NCBI GenBank assembly: GCA_043767805.1
Contig: JAYUGC010000192.1
Coordinates: forward strand, 1-20,224
DNA: 20,224 bases
Direction: 5' to 3'
DNA from: Pseudomonadota bacterium
GTDB lineage: Bacteria > Bdellovibrionota > FAC87 > UBA2466
Positions 10,001 to 16,667 of the stretch are shown here, in pieces (position 1 is the first letter of the stretch; each line of letters starts with the position of its first letter). Made by a program: the position numbers and the translations under genes. Below the pieces are notes generated by a model that was given only the letters and a program-made list of their open reading frames with translations, did not search any database and had not been told where the DNA came from.

Positions 10001-10429
10001 TTGAATGCCTTTTCGATTCTTGCGGAGAAGGCCGAGCTCTTCTCGCCATTTGATGAAATCCTTGAGCATCGCCGATTTACCGCCACCGGTGATGCCGCCA
10101 ACTTGCAAAAAGTTCAGATCTTGCGTGATTTCCTCACGAGAGACCAAGTCGAAAAGCGGCTTCATGAAAAAATCGATTTCCTGGCGGATCGGCTCATTGA
10201 GAAGAGGAGACATGATGTAGTCTTCATGCCCTAGATATTTGTTTACCATTCGCCGTCTGAGCTCATTGACCTTGATGGTGATTTTGGCTTTGAGCTCCGA
10301 GTCCGCATCGATGGTGCTGGATTGATTGGAATCAGTCTTCGGCGGCTCCGCCCAAGCGGAGTGCGCCACGAGCAAGAACAGTAGCGTCGGCGCGACAAAT
10401 CGAAATTTTAGAGTCTGAGCTCCAAACAT
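7025..10429 (-). CDS. Signal-peptide-bearing AAA+ ATPase-like protein (ClpB/ClpA second-domain or torsin-like fold) with large helical/coiled-coil insertions, 1134 aa
   Basis: Signal peptide MFGAQTLKFRFVAPTLLFLLVAHSAWA. Walker A G112-ITGGGKS119 (10073-10096), Walker B VIGFDE (9848-9865), sensor-1-like NMLVVWTTN647 and Arg-finger-like STRRRL occur in the order seen in ClpB NBD2. Confidence 0.75.
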   Translation of the reverse strand: MFGAQTLKFRFVAPTLLFLLVAHSAWAEPPKTDSNQSSTIDADSELKAKITIKVNELRRRMVNKYLGHEDYIMSPLLNEPIRQEIDFFMKPLFDLVSREEITQDLNFLQVGGITGGGKSAMLKDFIKWREELGLLRKNRKGIQNGTATKEMNLTIVDEYGKDLKEIEAINGPKLSFTKRFELFLDTSAVIGFDEASHFARPSKDLEKDLNRDLDHLKETWIAVQEKRLKPRGKEKPVQRDESEFGGNYEAYRDHLREYATAVNDWQAALALGEAKDAEGLKRTYEELATKRREKYETDRRARDKINNFTKKLWSALSGGTFEEGEEQQMAESHKKEIEDTFQRLAKFKAKYEHDPLLKEAAELQQKIKEAETKLSASDAEIKSLLKKAETLKETLEDFEDASPRQIELWAETHGKKDEIRRLRNGSPTLPDFFEQMMKDLTSDPSHSRRGTVGYVEAKEASLNASINAFRKMAADALTGHITKLDHDLADLEPRIVREKKAVQDSVETKKAWGKKEQQVHRDEMKQTEALLAELIKLEKDYERSIDDALETTAAIHAVQDFVNNELDAGKLAEFSKDFAQRLERFKNNPEDWIQHLKNSKDSKIQFAQMLAMNPTAAREIVRKAVTNFSVTTNGKFFGNMLVVWTTNVLKLEQEIKQRVANVLASGRKVGWNEYADWYDELLRRPEFASWPAEMFSEHFPDLFRPLISETAAHGPQGSTRRRLEGARGPVFIGPARAPLLLNHATTTMKNLYEDWKSKKISEGVKFSGDLFIHENVPALFVREGDSAELGPNVVIEHVRQVMGDLLTQLNLYVDTERAKNPSTPIMMNIGIINEKLDGDNNVLKLRTMHPEYTQEGGKILRGAATAENWGKYTSKKVIGPGYLHHFRPSKDLQAEAEYPDKRSYVWAAENPSLYAAEAVPATLKELDEQRKADAKAKVDKAELEKKLAFESTQGERNLLAAKATEARATQLDQFHEFVKKLPAGDPTSDFAEFYRNVDPQMRDSIRDEIMEAVNRATPRKGYNLGMLYLWLKNDYEAKKNLDEYVVNLFPSLQKIGRRNMLMLFASLVRNPAKYDDLYESLRPGVLTNLVRWGGCSTPLRRILDRDIPLSARKGVEWHPVRASDLIPKIGIGGK

Positions 10430-10485
10430 GGAATAAGCCCCGGGAAAATATTCGTTTCAATTTAGTGCTTAGCGAAGAATGATTT

Positions 10486-10501
10486 TGCAAGGCTTGTGCC
10501 C
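10486..10501 (-). promoter_or_regulatory. Putative sigma-54 (RpoN) -24/-12 promoter for the AAA+/594-aa operon
   Basis: The minus strand reads GGGCACAAGCCTTGCA, i.e. GGCAC-N5-TTGCA, a near-consensus match. It lies about 57 bp upstream of ATG 10429 in an AT-rich 340-bp intergenic region. Confidence 0.7.
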
Positions 10502-10771
10502 ACCACCAGACCACAGCGTACGTGCCTGAACGGCTACGGGATTTCCGGGCCGTCCACCTCGGTGTGTACATTCTTTGACTAACAGAATACGAACAGGGTC
10601 GTGTTCTCGCGGTCTAACTCTTTGAAGTTTCATTTGTATTCACAGACTGTCCGGTTTTTGATCAGTCGTTTCTTTATGTAACCTACTGAAATTCAATGAA
10701 GAAAGCGTGGAGAAGGATCCGCGGACGTGGTTTTTTGGGGATCAGGAGCGTTTAAATTTTAGGAGAGTATT

Positions 10772-13042
10772 CTAGAACCCGCCGAACCCGCTGCCCCAGG
10801 GGAGGCTGTTGTTCTGGCGGCTGCGGCGCGGACCGTCGTAGAGGAACGCATAGAGGTCCGGCGGCAGACCGTCCCAGGAGGGACGAGGGAACTTAATCAT
10901 CGGACTCTCGCCCTCTTCCTCGCCCATGGTCCGAAAATAATGAGTCGCTTTTAGCGCGTCCCTCAAATAATTTTCGGCCCCTTCGAGACTCCATTCGTAC
11001 TCTTTTTCCATGATCGTTTCGCCGGCTTTTTCGAACGCAGCCAGCTCCATGGGACTCATATTCAGCTCGCGAGCGATGGCGAAATCCCGCCTTATCACGG
11101 CTTCGATTTCAGCGCGGGTCGCGAACTTTTGCGTTATCCAGCTCTCCACGTCGCCCTTGGTCAGGAGCTTTTTGGTGTCCAGCCGCTGCTCCATGCGATT
11201 GATCACGCGCTCGGGACTTCGGAAATCAGAGATAGTAGGAACATAGATCGATGAGGTGTCCTGAGGGTACTCGAACCGGCCTCGGCGCGCGTCCTCTTCT
11301 TTTTGCCTCTTGTCTCGCGCGTCCGCAAGACGCCGCCGTTCCTTTTTGATGTCGATGAGGGTATGCCGAAGCCATCTTAGCTCTTCATAGCTATGGATCT
11401 CGCCGACGGTTTTTGCCCATATTTTCAACTCCGCGGGCGTGAGCTTGAGACTGGTTGCCTCCGAAAAAGTTTGGTCAATGAGATCACTGGGCGCTTGAAA
11501 CTCTTCGCCGACGTGACTGGTGAAACGGTGAGTGATGAGCTTCCGTTTGAGGAGTCCCAATTCGACGTCCGCCGACACATGGGGCTCCGCCGGCGGGGGA
11601 TCGTAGTCCATAACGATTGGCTCCCCTTTGGGAACCGCGGGAGAAAAGCTTAGCCCGGTAAGTCTCACCTTGGGGATACGGCCGGTCCGATCAATTTCCA
11701 ATAGGAGCGTGGAATACGTTCCGTCGGGATTCTCGCTGTCGAGCCAAACCGTCTCTTTCGCGAAGCCGGGCTTTTCCCGCTCGACGGCGCGATCGACTAC
11801 CCCGGCAAGCGCGGTGTGGATCTTTTTCAAGGCGGGAGATACTTCGGTCGGCACTACTTTTTCAAAACCCGGCAACCCTATTCGTTCCGCAATCTGGGTG
11901 CACGATAAGGCCCCGGTCACTCCGCCCAGTAGGAGGGAAGGAACCGATAGATAAGTCGTCATTCGTTCGTAGTTCGCATGAGCGCTATCTGCACCCAAAC
12001 GTATGAGCTCGTCTTCGTTCAGGAGGCCATTTCTCTTGGGAGTGCCGTATTTATTGTAGTTCTCGTCGTTATGAGATTCGGCCAGCTCCTTTTTCATGTC
12101 CAATCTTCCGGGCGTCTCGGTCGTGGAGTAGGTGCTTACCGGTGCCCGGCTGTAAGCGGCCAGATCACGGGCCCTGTCCAAAAACTCAGCTTTCGACACG
12201 CCCTTCAGAGCCTCATAGTCGGTAAATCGATTGTGGTAAGCGAAGGGGCGCTTGTCTGCTTTTTCTTTGCCCACGACGCTAGCCGAGTACTCCTTAATCC
12301 ACTTCTCGCCGTCCGGCATCTCTTTGACGGCCAGCCGCAAGCGTTCCAGGTGACCTTTTTCATCCCGAACCGTCGTCGCCAAAACCTCCTTCTGGATTTC
12401 ATCCGCGGGCCTGGCATTGGGATTGTTGTAACGTCTAATTCCAGACATCAAGAAATAGCCCGCGCCGGCTGAGAGCGCGGTACACCATCGATTCCACTTG
12501 GTTCTATTTTGCTGGCGCTCATCCAGGTCTTTTGCGTTTCTTAGTCTTTCGCCTTTCTCAAAAAAATCTCGGATCGACTCAGGTGTTTCTTTCTCCAAGC
12601 TCGTCTCGAAAAACTTGAAATCGACCACTTGGGGACTCGAAGTATGCAACTGTTCGGCAAGTCTCGAAAGTCTAGCTCTTAGCCGATCGAAATCGCGCGT
12701 TTGCATCGCGTGGTCGGAACCCTCGTAGTCTCCCGTGTGATAGGTGACTTTCGAGCCCTCGGCTCCCTCCTCTAAAGGAGGAGCCCGCATTTGGCTGGAC
12801 GCACCCAGCGTAACATCCTGAGCCCCCAGCGTGGCCTTCTCCTCGGCGTTAATGAGGGACTCGAGGTGCTTCATGAATTGGTAGGCCGCAGGATAGTTGC
12901 TATGAGAAGGATCAGCGCGTTTCACGACCTTGGCCAGCGCGGCACAGCACTCTCCCACCGAACAAACTGCGGAATCACCAAGGGCAAGGGAGCCCATAGT
13001 GATGCCGAAAATCAGGAAGAATATGTTAAATGGCCGATTCAA
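10772..13042 (-). CDS. Secreted hypothetical protein, about 756 aa; paralog of 5237-7021 with a duplicated C-terminal helical domain
   Basis: Start moved from 13141 to TTG 13042, preceded by AGGGGGCAGGGGAGA. That gives the signal peptide (M)NRPFNIFFLIFGITMGSLALG. It shares collinear motifs with the 594-aa protein. The exact start is uncertain. Confidence 0.8.
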   Translation of the reverse strand: MNRPFNIFFLIFGITMGSLALGDSAVCSVGECCAALAKVVKRADPSHSNYPAAYQFMKHLESLINAEEKATLGAQDVTLGASSQMRAPPLEEGAEGSKVTYHTGDYEGSDHAMQTRDFDRLRARLSRLAEQLHTSSPQVVDFKFFETSLEKETPESIRDFFEKGERLRNAKDLDERQQNRTKWNRWCTALSAGAGYFLMSGIRRYNNPNARPADEIQKEVLATTVRDEKGHLERLRLAVKEMPDGEKWIKEYSASVVGKEKADKRPFAYHNRFTDYEALKGVSKAEFLDRARDLAAYSRAPVSTYSTTETPGRLDMKKELAESHNDENYNKYGTPKRNGLLNEDELIRLGADSAHANYERMTTYLSVPSLLLGGVTGALSCTQIAERIGLPGFEKVVPTEVSPALKKIHTALAGVVDRAVEREKPGFAKETVWLDSENPDGTYSTLLLEIDRTGRIPKVRLTGLSFSPAVPKGEPIVMDYDPPPAEPHVSADVELGLLKRKLITHRFTSHVGEEFQAPSDLIDQTFSEATSLKLTPAELKIWAKTVGEIHSYEELRWLRHTLIDIKKERRRLADARDKRQKEEDARRGRFEYPQDTSSIYVPTISDFRSPERVINRMEQRLDTKKLLTKGDVESWITQKFATRAEIEAVIRRDFAIARELNMSPMELAAFEKAGETIMEKEYEWSLEGAENYLRDALKATHYFRTMGEEEGESPMIKFPRPSWDGLPPDLYAFLYDGPRRSRQNNSLPWGSGFGGF

Positions 13043-13084
13043 TCTCCCCTGCCCCCTAAAAAAATCGAGTCCCCTGTATTCCCA

Positions 13085-13100
13085 TGCAAAACACAGGCTA
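13085..13100 (-). promoter_or_regulatory. Degenerate sigma-54-like element upstream of the 756-aa gene
   Basis: The minus strand reads TAGCCTGTGTTTTGCA. It has a good TTGCA -12 box at a similar distance from the start as the other two sites, but AG instead of the invariant GG at -24. Confidence 0.25.
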
Positions 13101-13222
13101 AGTTCCAGCCGGGATTTTTTCTCCGTATTCTGTTCGTCCACGCCCAGTCTTTGGACAGCCCGCCGATTCGAAAGCGTGCAAACTCACGATTTACGGGCGC
13201 TTTCCGCCGTTTGTCGCGACGC

Positions 13223-13251
13223 CTCAGGCGCACGCTCTGAACTACCGATAA
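13223..13251 (+). promoter_or_regulatory. Putative sigma-28 (FliA) promoter for the cyclase-PilZ gene
   Basis: CTCAG-N16-ACCGATAA, against the FliA/SigD consensus TAAA-N15/16-GCCGATAA. The spacing is identical to the site at 17750-17778. Confidence 0.45.
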
Positions 13252-13257
13252 GTCTCC

Positions 13258-15585
13258 GTGCTTCCCCCACGCCAAAAGTCCGTGAAAAACACTCCCTGGT
13301 ACGGTGCAGCCAGCCTGCCTCCTTGGCGAGCCGCCGGGCTAACTTTGGCGTTCACCTCATTGTGGGTTCTGTTTTCCCTGACTCCGCTCGCGGAGTGGCT
13401 GAATTTACGCATCGAGACCCGACTCGATTTCCGCCTGCGCCAGATGGTCGGCCTCGCGCCGCGGCTCCACCCGAAGCTGAAGATTTTCGCGGTCGATCCG
13501 GCGGCACTCGCCGCGGGAGACTTGGAGTACGTTCCTTTTTCCCTCTGGACGTCTCTCTTGAAGAGTCTGGGAGAGATGAAACCGAAAGCGATCTTGGTGG
13601 ACAAGATCCACGCCCCGCGCACGACCGACGCCGCTCAGCTGAACCTCTTTCTTCGCGGCCCCCATCCCTACGGCGGAGTCACCTGGTCTGCGACCGAGCG
13701 AGAAGACTGGACTAGATTGCCTAATGACTGCTGCGGTTTTACGTCCGTCCTTGGCGCGACCAAAACGGGGACCACCCGCAAGGGGAGTTACCTCTATGGC
13801 CCAAGCCTTTCCCTGCTCCCGGGATTCAAACGGCTCGGGCACACCGGCTTTCGCAGCGACGGGTACCTCGATCTGGTTTTGCGGCAACCCGGGGATTTGC
13901 TCATCCCGCACTGGTCGGTTCAATTTGCGGAGCCCTTGGTTTGGAGCCACGGCCGAGTGCTTGCCGCCGGCAAGGAGATCCCGCGCGACCGAAAAGGCCG
14001 CTCCCTTCCCAACTATCCGAAACCTGAAGTGACGGCGAGTACCGTACATAGCCTTCTGCCGCTTTTGCAGCGGGTCTTGAAGCAAGAGCCTGTCACCGGC
14101 ATCGAGGAAGGCGACGTGGTCGTGATCATGAACCACGCCTCCGAAGGAGATTTACCGACGATAGAAAGCCCTGTCGGCACTATTCCCGCGTTCTACGCCT
14201 CGCTCGCGATGACCAACGATGTGCTCACGGGGAAGTTTCTCAAAACCGTATCCCTTCCCGAGCTCTGGATCGCGCTGGGTTGTTTTGTGGGCGCCTGGCT
14301 CGGCTTCGTCTACTCGGCGGCGCCCCTGACGTCTTATATGATCTCGGCGCTCGGCCTCATTTCACTGGCGGGGCTACTCGCCTTCGCTTTCGCCGGCACT
14401 TTATTTCCGTGGCTACTCACCGCGAGCGGCTGCGGGCTTTGTGGCACTCTCGTCTTTCTCGAGAAAACCCGTCAGCAAGGCAGACTGCTTCGCAAGGTGC
14501 GGGGATCGCTGGAGGGCTGCCTTCCGAAGCCGGTGCTGGAAAGCATTCTGGAGAATCCAGCGACGCTCGATCTGACGCCCTCGACGCAAATCATTACCGT
14601 GATGTGCGTCGACATCCTGGGTTTTTCATTAAACGCCGAGCGCGAGTCGCCCCAAGGCGCGTTTCGCGTGCTTCGCCAAAGCATGGAAATTCTCACTCCC
14701 ATCCTCCACCGACACGGGGGCATTCTCGACCGCACGACGGGCGACGGTATCATCTGCTTTTTCGGCTACCGTTACGGCGAAGGCGGGAAGGTCGACTTGA
14801 ATCACGCCGAGTCGGCCGTCCGCTGCGCCCTCGAAATGCAACGGAGCCTGCTCGCCCAAAATGGGCGCAACTTCGCCCTAGGCTACGCGGTTTATCCGCT
14901 TCGCATCGGCGTGCATACCGATCGCGTCCACGTGGGCGACGCGGGCGCCACCGACCGTATCGAGATCGCGGTTTTAGGCAGCGGCGTGAACTTCGCCCAA
15001 AAGCTCAAGGCGGCGTGCGAGCCCTATCGGGTTCAGATTAGCTCCAGCACCCGCGACAGATTGCACGGTCTGTCGACGGAAATGCCGGGGCTTCACCAAA
15101 AATTCGTGCCGGCCGGGGATCGGGACGAGCTTTTCGACGCCTTCGAGATCAATCCGTTCTTCGAGGCGCCCGTGAAATTAGAGAGCTCTCTCGACCATTA
15201 TCGAAAAGGCGCCGAGCTGACCCGCCTGGAAGCGCGCTGGCCCATCGATTCGGTGGGCTGGATCTTTGCGGAATGCCAGTGGGGAAAAGGCGATGTCATC
15301 AACTTCTCCCGAGGGGGGCTCGCCCTTCGCCTTCCGCAATACTACGGGCTCGGCGTGACGTTTAATCTGAAGCTCAACTCCGGCAACGGAAAGCTGGCCG
15401 AAGCATGCCGCGAAATTGGCCTCCCGGTCCTTGCCGCCGAAGTCCGCTGGGGAAAGCCCGATCCGTCGGGTTACCTACACGGCATCGCTTTCAAGAATCT
15501 TTCCGTCGAGCAGAAGGAAAAGCTTTTCGAAGCCATCCACTCGCTCCACCTCACCCAGCCCGTTGCGAAAACGCATGCCGCCTAA
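13258..15585 (+). CDS. Membrane protein: N-terminal TM, CHASE2-like sensor, about 3 TM helices, class III adenylate/guanylate cyclase domain (non-canonical), C-terminal PilZ domain
   Basis: CHASE2-like motifs KPKAILVD, DVVVI and ESPVG..N.L.G.FL. Hydrophobic helices at about aa 335-400. Cyclase motifs ITVMCVDILGFS, GGILDRTTGDG and LRIGVHT...GSGVNFAQKL. PilZ motifs R656-LEA-R660 and N682-FSRGG. The start could instead be GTG 13282. Confidence 0.85.
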   Translation: MLPPRQKSVKNTPWYGAASLPPWRAAGLTLAFTSLWVLFSLTPLAEWLNLRIETRLDFRLRQMVGLAPRLHPKLKIFAVDPAALAAGDLEYVPFSLWTSLLKSLGEMKPKAILVDKIHAPRTTDAAQLNLFLRGPHPYGGVTWSATEREDWTRLPNDCCGFTSVLGATKTGTTRKGSYLYGPSLSLLPGFKRLGHTGFRSDGYLDLVLRQPGDLLIPHWSVQFAEPLVWSHGRVLAAGKEIPRDRKGRSLPNYPKPEVTASTVHSLLPLLQRVLKQEPVTGIEEGDVVVIMNHASEGDLPTIESPVGTIPAFYASLAMTNDVLTGKFLKTVSLPELWIALGCFVGAWLGFVYSAAPLTSYMISALGLISLAGLLAFAFAGTLFPWLLTASGCGLCGTLVFLEKTRQQGRLLRKVRGSLEGCLPKPVLESILENPATLDLTPSTQIITVMCVDILGFSLNAERESPQGAFRVLRQSMEILTPILHRHGGILDRTTGDGIICFFGYRYGEGGKVDLNHAESAVRCALEMQRSLLAQNGRNFALGYAVYPLRIGVHTDRVHVGDAGATDRIEIAVLGSGVNFAQKLKAACEPYRVQISSSTRDRLHGLSTEMPGLHQKFVPAGDRDELFDAFEINPFFEAPVKLESSLDHYRKGAELTRLEARWPIDSVGWIFAECQWGKGDVINFSRGGLALRLPQYYGLGVTFNLKLNSGNGKLAEACREIGLPVLAAEVRWGKPDPSGYLHGIAFKNLSVEQKEKLFEAIHSLHLTQPVAKTHAA

Positions 15586-16640
15586 GCGAAACTGACCCGG
15601 CCGCCGAGCCGCGTCGGGTGCTCCTGCGCATGCGCCGCGATCACTCGGCGGACTTCGCGGAGATTGCCCTTCATGCACTTCTTCCAAAAACTATGGCCGA
15701 AGGGAAGCCAGCGGCTTCCCACGCCGATGAAAAAGCGAAGCCGTTTCAGCGCCATTTCCTCAGGTCCCCCGTACTGCTCCAGATAATCCACCATGGCGAG
15801 GCACGCGCGGTAGTACTCCCGGCCCTCTGCTTCCGGGGTTTCCGGTGGCAATTCGCCCTCTCGGCCCCACGGCGACTCTTCATGTCCCAAGCGGTGCGCG
15901 ATCTGCCACAGAATCCATGGGCGGGCGGTCGCCGCGCGCGCGATCATCGCGCCGTCGGCGCCGAACTCGCGCACTACCTTAATAGCGTCATCCGCGGTTT
16001 GAATGTCGCCGTTACCGACGATGGGAATCTGTCTCGCCCGGGCGATGTCTCCGACGACGGCCCAGTTGGCCTCTCCGTGATGTTTTTGCCCACGAGGCCG
16101 GGCATGAATCGTCATCCAGTCGGCGCCCGCATCCTCCAAGGCTGCGGTGAAATCGGAAAGATAGGCCAGGTCGTCTTCTTCTCCGGGGCTCGAGCGCAGC
16201 TTCACGCTCACAGGTACGGGAGAATGCTTTTTAGTGATGCCGACGACGTCGGCCGCGTACTTTCGGTCCCCCATGAGCTTCACGCCCCAGTTGTGTCGGA
16301 GCGAATGGGTCACCGGACAGCCCATATTGATGTCGATGCCCCAGGGCTCAAGTGGCATGAGCTTTTCGATGCTCGGCGCGATGAACTTCTCTTCGTTGCC
16401 GAGAATTTGCGGGATGAAGGGCTTCTCCCCTCCCCAGGCGGTTTTGAGGGAATCCGCCGATTCGAGCTTTTCCTGAGGCAAAAGCCTCGTGGAAAGCATC
16501 TCGGTGAAAACCAGGGGCTTTAAGTTGCGAGGGGTATAGCTCCGCACCAGCTCGCGGAACGCGACATGGCTCAGCCCCACCATGGGGGCGACGAGGAAGG
16601 GGAAATCAATCCCAAGCCGGTTGAGCCGCGTCTCTATCAC
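15582..16640 (-). CDS. dus: tRNA-dihydrouridine synthase (Dus family)
   Basis: Motifs APMVG, TEM, PQILG, GIDINMGCP (catalytic Cys), SVKLR, TIHAR, GNGDI and MIARA. The stop overlaps the convergent cyclase stop by 4 bp. I did not assign the DusA/B/C subfamily. Confidence 0.92.
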   Translation of the reverse strand: MIETRLNRLGIDFPFLVAPMVGLSHVAFRELVRSYTPRNLKPLVFTEMLSTRLLPQEKLESADSLKTAWGGEKPFIPQILGNEEKFIAPSIEKLMPLEPWGIDINMGCPVTHSLRHNWGVKLMGDRKYAADVVGITKKHSPVPVSVKLRSSPGEEDDLAYLSDFTAALEDAGADWMTIHARPRGQKHHGEANWAVVGDIARARQIPIVGNGDIQTADDAIKVVREFGADGAMIARAATARPWILWQIAHRLGHEESPWGREGELPPETPEAEGREYYRACLAMVDYLEQYGGPEEMALKRLRFFIGVGSRWLPFGHSFWKKCMKGNLREVRRVIAAHAQEHPTRLGGRVSFA

Positions 16641-16667
16641 GGCCGTAACCTGCCACGAGTCGGGAGC

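Noticed and set aside
2648..13100. Interpretation of the block as a prophage, anti-phage defence island or T6SS/ClpV locus
   Set aside because: No integrase, structural phage, nuclease or T6SS core motifs are visible. All products have Sec-type signals, and the ATPase has a single AAA module with no Clp N-domain.
12930..13715. 261-aa + strand ORF spanning the divergent intergenic region
   Set aside because: It overlaps both neighbouring genes, is Arg/Ser/Pro-rich and has no recognisable domain.
15405..16523. 372-aa + strand ORF
   Set aside because: It is an antisense shadow of the well-supported dus gene and overlaps the cyclase end. It has no motif and is typical of GC-rich DNA.
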